DNA of 64,000 nucleotides from Octopus vulgaris (taxonomy: Eukaryota), in NCBI GenBank assembly GCA_951406725.2, contig OX597841.1, forward strand, positions 10,540,001-10,604,000, given 5' to 3'. Under the pieces are notes generated by a model. The model was not told where the DNA came from, ran no database searches, and saw nothing but the letters and a program-made list of their open reading frames with translations. Positions within the stretch are counted from its first letter, which is position 1, and every line of letters begins with the position of its first letter. Below, in pieces: positions 46,370-57,906 of the stretch. Made by a program: the position numbers and the translations under genes.

Positions 46370-47540
46370 ATAGCTTGCAGATTCATCTTCATGGCAAGTG
46401 TTCCGTCAAATATTGCAAGACCTTCCCAGGTGGTAACACTTAGCAGTTGCGGTCGTGCTGTGTGTCATCGCTTCAGATTTGCAACAAGGGAAATAAATAC
46501 GCTCTCAAGAAAAGTGTAATGTCCCTTGATTATAATATATTCTATTTTATTCTCGGCTTAAGATTTATTATCAAAGATGTACCTAATGTGAATATATCGC
46601 TTTCTAGGGCTACACTGAAAAGCAATGCTCGTGTTTTCGATATTCTGCGTTTATTGTATCATCTGTAGCATTAGCATTTCCTTAGGCTGCTGAAATTTTT
46701 AAAATTTCGTTTTATTTTATTTTTTAAGCGATTTGTTGAACCTTGCTTGGATTTTTTTTCTGAGTTGTTGCTTATTTTGTAATAATTATTTTTCACTGGA
46801 GTATTTGACACACACACACACACACACACGCGCGCACACACAGAAAGTTGGCAGAAGAAAAATGAAGGCGACAGCAAAATCTTACATCCTTTCAGGTAAA
46901 AAAAAAGAACTGGCTGTAACTGACAAGAAGTGCATCTATACTGACTCTAAGTTCTAACGGGGAGAGAGAGAAGGAGAGAGAGAGCGGGAAAGAGAGGTTC
47001 ACACTGTTGGAGAACATCATTATTAATAGCTGCTTCCATTACCTCAGAGATGTTAGAAGGGTTAACAATAGAACGGTAGTTGGCTGGGTAGAAGGAACTA
47101 CCAGGGGAGACTATCTACCTTGAATTAATAAACAACAGTTATTTCCCTTGGAAAAAAATTTCCAACTGGATTCTATTCTGGAATGAACATAGACTACAAC
47201 ATAAGATTACACGTACTGATGTTAGATGTGGAGTTGTTGCAACGGAGTCATATCGACAGAGTATATTACTGGTACTTTTAATTTTTGTTCCAGGTTGGAT
47301 CTGAATTCAGTATCTAAAGAGAAGTCACTTAATACAGCATGACACTTTATGCCCCATGGGCCACCGTCATTTTCATTTCAAACATAGCTACAATAACAAA
47401 ACTTTGAGATATGAATAGTAAATCGACCCGCGCGTAGTTCTTGAATATCCTAATTTTTTAGAACCTGGAAAGAACCATTAAAGGCGATATTTTCTTAAAC
47501 AAAATTTGATATACTCTAATAAAGCTAATTTATTTTTATA

Positions 47541-47600
47541 TAGTAGTTTGGATTCATGGCTCTCACCCAGGCGGTACGGGTTCGATTCCCGGCATGGGAA
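47541..47600 (+). pseudogene. 5'-truncated tRNA-Glu(CTC) pseudogene
   Basis: GGATTCATGGCTCTCACCCAGGCGG...GGGTTCGATTCCCGGCATGGGAA matches the tRNA-Glu anticodon arm, T arm and 3' acceptor strand; followed by T5 with no CCA. Confidence 0.75.
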
Positions 47601-47611
47601 CACTTTTTATT

Positions 47612-48010
47612 GGTGCAGGAGTGGCTGTGTGGTAAGTAGCTTGCTTACCAGCCACATGGTTCCGGGTTCAGTCCCACTGCGTGGCACTTTAGGCAAGTGT
47701 CTTCTACTATATATTTCTTTACAAGGGGCTAAACACAGAGGGGACAAACAAGGACAGACAAACGGATTAAGTCGATTACATCGACCCCAGTGCGAAACTG
47801 GTACTTTATTTATCGTACCCGAAAGGATGGAAGGCAAAGTCGACCTCGGCGGAATTTGAACTCAGAACGTAACGACAGACGAAATACCGATAAGCATTTT
47901 GCCCGGCGCGCTAACGTTTCTGCCAGCTCGCCGCCTTAAGTGTCTTCTACTATAGCCTCGAGTCAACCAAAGCCTTGTGAGTGGAGTGGTAGACGGAAAG
48001 CAAGAGACAC
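47612..48010 (+). mobile_element. Family-2 tRNA-derived SINE interrupted by a family-1 SINE (47712-47937, minus strand)
   Basis: A box TGGCTGTGTGG and B-box-like GGTTCAGTCCC; 17-bp TSD AAGTGTCTTCTACTATA at 47695-47711 and 47938-47954. Confidence 0.88.
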
Positions 48011-48449
48011 GAAAGCTCTTATAACAGAAAAAGGAAGTGAAAGTTTCCAAAGGTTATGCTTTTCTAATTTGTTTGCACACAATATATGCCAGAGGTCTCC
48101 AACTATTGTACCAAGTTATCAACACACACTGCAGACATATCACTCACGCGTTCGGAAGTTCGCTGAAGGAGCAGCATATTCAACAAAATTTCAAAAATTG
48201 CTCTCTTCATCCTAAAGGTACATTAGAGACCTCATCTATATCCATGCTCCCTACCCGCCCCTTATTGAAATTTAAGTCGGAGGATGTGTAATAAACAAGC
48301 GAAGGAAGGGCACGGACGACTCCAAGCGTTGTAGAGACAAGCATTGGCCTAAAGAATCAAATTTATAAATTAGCTACGAATTAAAAAAATAAAATAAAAA
48401 TATTCTTATTGTCTTCTTGCTTCAATATATCAACACTTGTTAAAAAGTA

Positions 48450-48618
48450 CCGTAAATCCTCGAGTATAATCCGCATTTCCCCCCCCCAAAAAAAAATTTA
48501 AAGGTCAAAAGAGAAGTGGTGCGTATTATACACAAGGTTTAGGGTTTTCAGATGTATAGGCCCCTAAAAATCCCCTGCGTATTATACTCAAGGGCGGACT
48601 ATACTTGAGGATTTACGG
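48450..48618. mobile_element. MITE, probably Tc1/mariner-pogo type
   Basis: ~25-bp TIRs CCGTAAATCCTCGAGTATAATCCGC / GCGGACTATACTTGAGGATTTACGG; TA on the left, CA on the right. Confidence 0.75.
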
Positions 48619-48981
48619 CAATAGTTCACAGAAAATACGAAGATAAAACATTGAATATACTTTGAAAAACTTTAAGCAGATTTTGTGACGTATTTGTAAA
48701 ATGATGAATATGCCTTTCCTAAATCATACATATATACATAGATACATAGGTTAACAACTCACATGTTAATTCTACGTTCTTGCTGAAATTAAGTGGACTC
48801 TCACTTGCCGGGATCTAAGAACCGGAGACGCAGACAATAACAACGATGCTGCTAGGCAGTTGCCATTTGCTTATCAATCAGTCAGATGTCTTCTGGATTT
48901 GGCATAATTATTGCTTTACCTGGGTGTATTGGGCTCTGTATATTCCTATATATCAAGAAATAGCTGGTAGGATGGACATAC

Positions 48982-49342
48982 TCTCTTTACTCTTTTACTT
49001 GTTTCAGTCATTTGACTGCGGCCATGCTGGAGCACCGCCTTTAGTCGAGCAAATCGACCCCGGGACTTATTCTTTGTAAGCCTAGTACTTATTCTATCGG
49101 TCTCTTTTGTCGAACCGCTAAGTTACGAGGACGTAAACACACCAGCATCGGTTGTCAAGCAATGGTGGGAGGGACAAACACACACACACACACACACACA
49201 TACGTCGGGCTTCTTTCAGTTTCCGTCTACCCAATCCACTCACAAGGCTTTGGTCGGCTCGAGGCTATAGTAGAAGACACTTGCCCAAGGTGCCACGCAG
49301 TGGGACTGAACCAGGAACCATGTGGTTGGTAAGCAAGCTACT
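48982..49342 (-). mobile_element. Family-2 SINE with LINE-like 3' tail
   Basis: Homologous to 47612-48010 and 51290-51680; internal (CA)n; 3' end matches the array LINE 3' UTR. Confidence 0.85.
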
Positions 49343-50600
49343 TTATTTTATCGAATTTGCCATAAAGGCAGTACATAGAGTAATGTAGCTTGCGGGCTGG
49401 ACAAGGACATTAATGAGGTGAATGATAATGATACAAGTATAAGAACGGGAGAAGACGAAAAGCGCCCGCCGACTTTTGCTTCTCTAAAACATTGTTCTTT
49501 TAAAAACAGACACATATTGAGGTAATAACCCTCTTACAATTTGCAATATTTCTACTATTTTTGGACTAAGAAGTCCATTACAATTTAAAACACAAATAAG
49601 ACACATATTGAGGCGATGAACCCCTTACCTCATGTCCCCGATTAATTCTCTTGCGACCTGCAGGCATTCCTGCATCCGCAAATCGGCGTACCAAGAAAAT
49701 ATTCTATAATCCTCCTTTGGGAAGGAGTCTGGTGTGTGAAATAAATCCTCTTTTTCCTGTAGCAGAGCAGCCACCTGCGGAGGCCACTCTGGTCTGTCCA
49801 TGCAAGTCGGTTCTATTAGACCTCGACTCTGAAGGATATTTTCCACATAATTATCAATGGCCCCTCCACTGTGATAGAAGAACACATATCTTTCCACACC
49901 TGCATCGGGAGGGGCCTCCACTCCCTCGGTCGGTGGCACACATCGTACCAACGAGGTTTCCATCTTCTCTCCCTCCGGTGACAATCCCACCAAAGGGGTT
50001 TCGAGGCATGCCGCCGCCGGTGATGCCCCGTTTTTCTTTTTTCTTTTCCTTTTTTCACGCCGCCTCGAGATCCATCAGTGGGCAACCATTATTGCCCACC
50101 TTCTTTTTGTTCCTTTTTTCAAGGGGGTTGCCTCCTCCTCGACTCTCTCCCTCTCTCCCTCCAATGAAGGAGCAGGGGGCTCCGTTGGGGGACCAGGGAG
50201 TTCTTCATCGATTAACTGTTCCAGGACCTTTGCCTGGTCCCGGCGACAGTTTTTCCTTATGTGTACTGATTCCAGGCACAGTTGACACTTGGGGGGGGGG
50301 CATCCCTCAACCATCACCGGTTACTTGGAACCAGCCATTGTTAAAAAATCTGGTAAAACCAGATCTTTTGCTGATTGGGTCCATAGGGTCAATTTTTCAC
50401 GAAAGACATGACTTCTTCAGTGTGCAACACAATCGCACATGCGCACACCGACAACAAAGAATCATGGGAAGTCTCAAAGCCTCATGGGAAGCGAGCTACT
50501 TACCACACAGCCACTCCTGCGCCTATGGGCATGGGAACCTTTTTCGAGAAGCAGATGACATGAGACATGGTTCCTCATCTGGTGGGCAGCATTACTAAAA
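49343..50600 (-). mobile_element. Degenerate retroelement-like segment with a CCHC knuckle
   Basis: GC-richer island; CQLCLESVHIRKNC (C-x2-C-x4-H-x4-C) in ORF 50075-50317; no RT seen. Confidence 0.35.
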
Positions 50601-50759
50601 AAAGAAAGTTTCAAAGTACATTTTTTATTCGTTTGTTAGGCATGCTATTCAGAGAGCCTTTCAGGCAGAGTCGATCCTCAAGTTCAACATTTCACTCCAT
50701 TTTTGTTAATCTGAAGTAACGACAAAAGTGAAAGGGAAGTGTGAAACTCAAGGATCGAT

Positions 50760-50802
50760 TTACACATACACACACACACACACAAGCACACAAACATGGA
50801 TA

Positions 50803-50886
<84 letters not shown>

Positions 50887-50899
50887 TGGATAAGCACAT

Positions 50900-50940
<41 letters not shown>

Positions 50941-50985
50941 TGGATAAGCACACACACACACACACACACACACTCACTCACACAA
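50760..50985. repeat. (CA)n microsatellite with three AAACATGGATAAG interruptions
   Basis: Seen directly. Confidence 0.9.
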
Positions 50986-51289
50986 ACTCTACATCTCTGG
51001 AAAACGAAAGAGCCACGCTGCGCGATAAAACCCGATTCTTATTAACGACGAAGCGAACTTCTGCTCCACATCTCCGTAGATGCACCTATTTACTTCTCTC
51101 ACCATTTGTCCAGACATTTCTAAGTACAAAAAAGATATAGAAATAAAAGAAACAACAAGTAAAAGATATATATAACACTTTGAAGGGGAAATCCTCGACG
51201 ACGACATTCAGACAAGCAGAGACGTGCTTTCCAGCTGACCACCCAGCATTAATAATTTTAGTAAGAAATTCAACAGCGTTATTATTTAT

Positions 51290-51679
51290 CTTTTATTCTT
51301 TTACTTGTTTCAGTCATTAGATTACGGCCATGCTGGGGCATCGCCTTGAAAAATTTTCAGTCCAATGAATTGACCCCTGTACTTATCTTTTTTTAAAGCC
51401 TGGCACTTTATCGGTGTCTTTTGCCAAACTGCTAGCTATGGGGACATACACCACCACCGGTTATCAAGCAGTGGTGGGGGACAAACACAGACACAAAGAA
51501 ACCACACACACACACATATATATACGACGGGCTTCCTTCCGTTTTCATCCACCAAATCCACTCATAAGGCTTTGGTTGGCCTGAGGCTATAGGAGAAGAC
51601 ACTTGCTCAAGATGCCACTCAGTAGGACTGAACCCAAAACCATGTGGTTGGGAAGCAAACTTCTTACCACACAGCCATT

Positions 51680-51753
<74 letters not shown>

Positions 51754-51938
51754 TGTGTGTGTGTGTATGTGTATGTGTGTGTGTGAGGGCTTCTTTCAGT
51801 TTCCGTCTACCAAATCCACTCACAAGGCTTTGGTCGGTCCGATGCTATATCAGAAGACACTTGCCCAAGGTGCCACACAGTGGGACTGAACCCGGAACCA
51901 TGTGGTTGGTAAGCAAGCTACTTACCACACAGCCACTC
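51290..51938 (-). mobile_element. Two family-2 SINE copies separated by a TA/TATG microsatellite
   Basis: Homology to 48982-49342; heads end at ~51680 and ~51938. Confidence 0.8.
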
Positions 51939-52281
51939 TGTTCTTTACCTATTAGTTGCTGTCTGTTTTGTGGGGATCTCAGAAAATTCGCGGAGAATTC
52001 TAAGACATTTCTTCGTTTTATCAACGAAAACATTAATTTTTCTGCGTAGAGAGAAAAAAATATATATTTAAAATATATTCGGAATAAAATTTATCTATAA
52101 AATGTAAAATATGAGTATGGAATAACAGAATAGTTAAACATTCTTTTCTCTTTTTCAGTATTCGTTCAATAATTACATTTTATACTGCAAGTGATGGTCA
52201 GTAATGGTTGATATCAACTGTAAAACCTCTGTCAATGGTGCAACAAGTAATCACAAGCAAGATGTTATCTCTCTCTATATA

Positions 52282-52588
52282 TATTTCTTTACTACCCGAA
52301 AGGATGAAAGGCAAAGTCGACTTCGGCGGAATTTGAACTCAGAACGTAACGGCAGACGAAATACCTATTTCTTTACTACCCAGAAGGGGCTAAACACAGA
52401 GGGGACAAACGAGGACAGACAAACGGATTAAGTCGATAATATCGACCCCAGTGCGTAACTGGTACTTATTTAATCGACCCCGAAAGGATGAAAGGCAAAG
52501 TCGACCTCGGCGGAATTTGAACTCAGAACGTAACGGCAGACGAAATACCGCTAAGCATTTCGCCCGGCGTGCTAACGTTTCTGCCAGC
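52282..52588 (-). mobile_element. Family-1 SINE dimer (one monomer internally deleted)
   Basis: Same GAAATAC|CTATTTCTT junction as in 45239-45655. Confidence 0.82.
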
Positions 52589-52609
52589 CTGTTCACTGGA
52601 TGCTCCTTG

Positions 52610-53185
52610 CTAACACCCCATCCCCATCCAGCCTATGGATCAAGGCGTGATCCGTTCCTTCAAAGCACTTTATACTCGGAACTCCCTCCAACACGTTGTG
52701 GACGCAATAGATTCGGACGAGAATTTCAATTTGAAGGAGTACTGGCGTAACTTCCCGATCGCAACGTACTTGTCAGTCATACATGCTGCTTTTAAAGACA
52801 TGAAAAAAGAAACCCACATCGCATGCTAGAAGAAGGTGTGGACAGAGTGTGTCCAGGACTACGCGGACTTCTCACCTGAAGATATTCAGCACGAGGCTGT
52901 CAACAATGCGGCCAAACTGGCAAAGGTACTTGGAGGTGAATGTTTTGATGACATCCCGCAAGATGAGGTCAACAGTCTCATCGATGCCCACTCTGAAACG
53001 CTGACAGACGAAGATTTACTGGAATTAACTAAGTCTGCCAGCGAAGCACCAGATCCAGAGGAAGAGGAGGAGGCGGTGGTGGACCTGAGAATCGAACGTC
53101 TAACCGGCCTTTTAAGGACAGTAAAGGAATTGCAAGATAAGGCGGAAGCATGGAATCCCTATACGGTTCGGTCTCTCCAATTTAA
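52610..53185 (+). pseudogene. Tigger/pogo (TIGD-like) DDE transposase C-terminal fragment
   Basis: IQPMDQGVIRSFKALY motif, then AC*KKVW and EVNSLIDAHSETLTDEDLLEL; in-frame stop at 52827-52829. Confidence 0.85.
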
Positions 53186-53186
53186 A

Positions 53187-53417
53187 GGCGGCGAGCTGGC
53201 AGAAACATTAGCACGCCAGGCGAAATGCTTAGCGGTATTTCGTCTGCGTTACGTTGTGAGTTCAAATTCCGCCGAGGTCGACTTTGCCTTTCATCCTTTC
53301 GGAGTCGATAAATTAAGTACCAGTTACGCACTGGGGTCGATGTAATCGACTTAATACCTATGTCTGTCCTTGTTTGTCCCCTCTGTGTTTAGCCCCTTGT
53401 GGGTAATAAAGAAATAG
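53187..53417 (+). mobile_element. Family-1 SINE, full length
   Basis: Head GGCGGCGAGCTGGCAG to tail AAAGAAATAG; no TSD, joins Tigger and ZNF sequence. Confidence 0.88.
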
Positions 53418-53774
53418 GTTACTTAAGTGACCAAATTCTGAGAATGAATTACCACAGATATCACAATGATATGGCTTCTCTCCTGTATGAGTACGTTTAT
53501 GTCTAGTGAGACCATCATTTTTAGAGAATGATTTACCACAGATATCACACTGATATGGTTTTTCTCCTGTGTGAATACAAATGTGGACAGTTAAACTAAA
53601 CCTTTTAGAGAATGATTCCCCACAAATATCACAGGGATATGGTTTCTCACCTCTATTAATACATTTGTGTTTAATAAGGTTACTTTCCAGAGAAAATGGT
53701 TTCTTACACACACCACAATGGTATGACGATTTTTCAGTCACTTTCTGCATCTCTTCAACAAAATAATAAATCAA
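53418..53774 (-). pseudogene. C2H2 zinc-finger gene 1, truncated in its fourth finger by the SINE
   Basis: CxxC..H..H fingers with TGEKPY linkers; putative acceptor at 54132-54133 and upstream donor GTGAGT ending at 56179. Confidence 0.8.
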
Positions 53775-54454
53775 TCCTTTAAGTCTGTAACATTATCCAT
53801 TGTTTCAATAGTTTTCTCTTCTCCCAGAACAATATAAATTCATTTCCTTCTTTCACTTTTTATTGTTCATTTATTTCAAAATATTTTACAGCTATTTTCT
53901 CATCAACTCTGATTTTCATCCAAATTTAATTACAAGTAAGCAAATTCATCTTGTACATACTGCAGACTGTACAGTAGGGAAACGCTGCCATTAATCTCCG
54001 TTCAGAAGAAATATTTCACAGAGTTTATATATTTGTCGCATGTAACGTTTTTCTTTGGTCTTTAAAAGATAACAGATGTTGATGATGAATCTTATGAAAG
54101 CAATTCTTTGATGTCACAGTTGTCTGATATTCTGAAATAAGAGAGAAACAACAGCATAAGATACAAGAGGATATTTTAATAGCAGACATGCAACAGTGCA
54201 ACTCTTACTACATGTCTACAGAGATAAATTCTAGAAGTAAACAACTGAACTTTTCTTTTCAATTTCTTATTAAACTGTCCTTACTTTCGAAATGTGGAGT
54301 AATGAAGAAGGGACAACTGAAGAAGGGGAATATTCCATGCGTTGTATGTCTCGTTTCTCTGGGGTTTTTTTCTGTTGTTTACAAAAAAAGATCGTTTCTA
54401 TATTTTTGTTTTTATGTTTTCGTTTCTCATTGTGTTCAACATTTTTTTGATGTC

Positions 54455-54795
54455 CTGTATCCATATATGCATGTATATATACATATAGATGTAGGTATGT
54501 ACATATATGTAGGTATATATGCATATATATGTAGGTATGCACATATATGCATGTATATATACATATAGATGTAGGTATCTATATATATATAGGTATATAT
54601 GCATATATATGTAGGTATGTACATATATGCATGTATATATACATATAGATGTAGGTATATATGCATATATATGTAGGTATGCACATATATGCATGTATAT
54701 ATACATATAGATGTAGGTATGTACATATATGTAGGTATGCACATATATGTATGTATATATGCATATATATATGCATATATCTATGTATATATACA
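54455..54795. repeat. AT-rich compound minisatellite (ATGTAGGTAT/ATATATGC units)
   Basis: Seen directly. Confidence 0.85.
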
Positions 54796-55594
54796 CCTCT
54801 CTATCCTTAGTCTCTCATCCCATCTATGCTTTGATCCCTGCTCCTTGCATGTATACCCTGGCCCTTCGTTGCCTTCTCTCTCCTACTCTCTTGTTGTCCC
54901 CTAATCTCTCTCTTTTGCTCTTTCCTTGACTGGCTATGTACCTCTTCTACAGTTTCTGCCCTCATTCTTAATCTCTCTCTCCATTCTTCTCTTGCTCTTA
55001 TCTCTGGAGATAAGGAGAAGAGGCTTGAATCCCCTACTCCAATATGGGTCTCACCAGCGTGACATAGAGCGGTAGGAATATGGCCAGGTAACCATGTATC
55101 TATCTTCTTTACAATTGCTCCTGGCGTCTTTCATGTTAACTCTCTCTCTCTCTCCCTCAGGATAACCGCACATCTCGTCTTCAGCAACGTACCTGTTCCT
55201 GCCCTCTTTCTTGAGCAGCCTCTCTCTTTCTCTTGATCTTCTTTCCGGCTAGATAACCAGGCATCCCCTCTTTCTTGTTAAACTCTCTCTTCCTCTCTGG
55301 CTCACAAGTCCAGAAAAAGGGACCGATAGATGGGGAGGGTATTGGGAATGAAGTCGAAACAAATAACATGTTGAGAACGAATGTATGCGTGCACAGACAC
55401 ACATATAGAGACAGGGAAAACGAACTGTGGGATGCGGTGGCAGAGATGGGCTTCATTGCAAACTAAACCGGAAGTTCTCTTACAGGGACATGACAAAAAT
55501 AATTATACTGATTTTACAATAAAAATTAAGGAAGCCACTTTACTCTCATTTTACAGCAAATGTAGGCAATTTATTTGGCGGAGGTAAAGAATAT

Positions 55595-55892
55595 GGGTAT
55601 TACTAGCGAACAGTGGGCCCGGCACGCGCACTCGCGCTAGCTAGACGTAAGTAGTCGATCCTACAACGACTTGCGCGTATGTTTGTATTTCAAGGCTGAA
55701 TCCATATCAAAGAAAATTAAATAATATTTTTCCAACAAAGTAAATAAAACGCAAAGTAAATAATTTTTTAAACTAAGTAAATAAATTATTTTTTAAAACA
55801 AACTGAGGTTAGGGTTAAAAAGTCGTAGGATCGACTAATTACGACTGGCTAGCGAGTGCGCGCACCGGGACCACTGTTCGCTAGTAGTACCC
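55595..55892. mobile_element. MITE with ~70-bp imperfect TIRs (second copy 61320-61519)
   Basis: GGGTATTACTAGCGAACAGTGG ... CCACTGTTCGCTAGTAGTACCC; AT-rich interior with a GGTTAGGGTT motif. Confidence 0.8.
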
Positions 55893-56106
55893 ATTTCTCT
55901 TCTATAGCCAGAAATAGCAGCCAAATCTTGTACAAATAATAGACATCTCTCATCCATAGCTAGAAATAGCAGCCAGATATCGCACTAATCATAGACATTT
56001 CTCTTCCATAGCTAGAAATAGCAGCCAAATCTCGCTTAAATCATAGATAACTCTCTTCCATAGCTAGAAATAGCAGCCAAATCTTGTACAATTCATAGAC
56101 ATCTCT
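55893..56106. repeat. 52-bp satellite (core CTAGAAATAGCAGCCAAATC), ~4 copies
   Basis: Seen directly; same family at 60708-61318 and 62070-62260. Confidence 0.9.
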
Positions 56107-56339
56107 GATACATAAAAAATTGGAGAAACACAACCAATCGAAAAGTCAAATACTGAACGTCTACTGATGAAATACTCACGGAAAAGTTTCATAAAGGATA
56201 ACGTTGTTATAAGTGCATTTGTAATAGATGAGAAATGTATTAAAAGTTAAGGAATAGAAATTCATTCAACCAACAATTCAATTAATGTCAAGATGGAAAT
56301 GGAAATATATCTCGTGCGTGGGTTTTACAGAAACTACGG

Positions 56340-57345
56340 TAGCTGACTCTTGTTACCATCTTTCTGTTCCTGGGGACCTCAACTTTGGCCGATAATTTGT
56401 TGGAAGGCATGCGAAAAACGTCAGACGTCTAAAATATTCTAAAAACTTCTTGGTATTATTTGAATGAACTGTCTGTGTCTCTCAGTAGATTGTCCTGTAG
56501 GGACTTCCAGTTGTCCAATATGCTATACATCTCTATTTTAAATGCTTCAAATAGAATTTTACAAAATTTCTTACTGTTTTTGTTGAGTGTTTGAATTTAT
56601 ATATTGTCGTTTTCTGGAATGACCTATTTCTCGGAAACCTTCTAGCTCTAAGTTTCAAATCACAAACCACTAACCTATGTTGAGTTGTACATTCATCACC
56701 ATGGAAACACTTCACATTCACAAGTATCTCATTTTCAAGTAAGAATGAAGTCAATCCAGTAAGAATCAAGTCATATCAATCATGGCCATCTCCTTGAAGA
56801 AATTAGTGACTTGTCTGCTTTCCTACATGCTAGTGCTATGGGTTTTGCTAAATTAAGTCTAAGGCCCTCGAATTGCAGACGCTGCATCCACACCTTATAT
56901 TCATTCTCTAATTCGTGTAGGAATTCCACTATAAGAACAAGGTTATCATCATAGTGGAACTCTCAAGGGCATCCAGTCTTAAATTCCTCTGCTATGGCTA
57001 GAAGGTCTATGATAAATAAGAGGGGAGTGAGAATTGATCCTTCGGGAACTCCTACTTGCTTACTAAATTCATTGCTACACACATTACCAACTTTCCTCTT
57101 ACTGACAGCATCCCTGTACACAGTTTGTATGGCTCACACCAACAACTCTATCCCTAGCTTCTGCATTAACCACTGAATAAGGAAGTGGGGGAACCTGTCA
57201 AAGGCTTTCTCAATGTCAAGTATAGAGGTTTAATTTTTACTAAATTCTTCTCAGTACTCGTCTTACAAAGAAGAAAACATCAGTAGTGCTTCTACATAAC
57301 ACAAAGCCAAACTGCATCTGTTTCTCTCTCTTCCTAATTAGCTGA
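56340..57345 (-). pseudogene. Degenerate RTE-like LINE fragments (RT and EN C-terminus)
   Basis: Minus-strand DECTTQHRLVVCDLKLR (EN end) and QVGVPEGSILTPLLFII...HYDDNL (decayed GVxQGS and YADD motifs). Confidence 0.6.
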
Positions 57346-57906
57346 GCTATGAGCCTCACAAAAAGAGGGGGGCGTCAAGAACGGTCAGAATCTCATACAA
57401 AAAATTTCATTCCTCAATTTTAGGAAGGTAATTGTAGTCTAGACCCTCAAACACTTATCTCTGCAAAATTTAATTTAAACAACGATAAGTAGGTTATGAG
57501 TAGACAGTCTGTTGTGGGGCACTAAACTATTGTTATGAGGAATATTCTTCTCTTGTGGTTTCTTCCATTTTGTACAGGAGGTCATTGTTTATGTATATAT
57601 TTGACAACTTTACTGCATCCGTGTGTTTGAAAAAGCCATGACTTGTGCTACCATTAACATATTTGAGAAGCATTTAAAAGCTAATAAAAAAACAAATAAA
57701 TATATATATATATAGTAAATTGGGGAAGTGGTATTCAACAAAGAACAATGTGTAGGGTTGAAGGAGGAGAAGTTTCAGTTTAGGGGTCCCTACATCATGG
57801 GAAATGAAAAGAGCATGGAAGTGAGGCTTGTGTGAAAAGGTATGAAAGACAAAATTAAAAAACTGGAATTTTGGGAAATTCTTTATTTTCAGAATTGTAA
57901 TTTCCA

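Noticed and set aside
49651-50598. 315-aa plus-strand ORF
   Set aside because: No recognisable domain, and Pro/Phe/Ser bias typical of the antisense of a purine-rich strand; the knuckle motif is on the minus strand.
55804-55817. Interstitial telomere
   Set aside because: Only about two TTAGGG-like units, inside a MITE.
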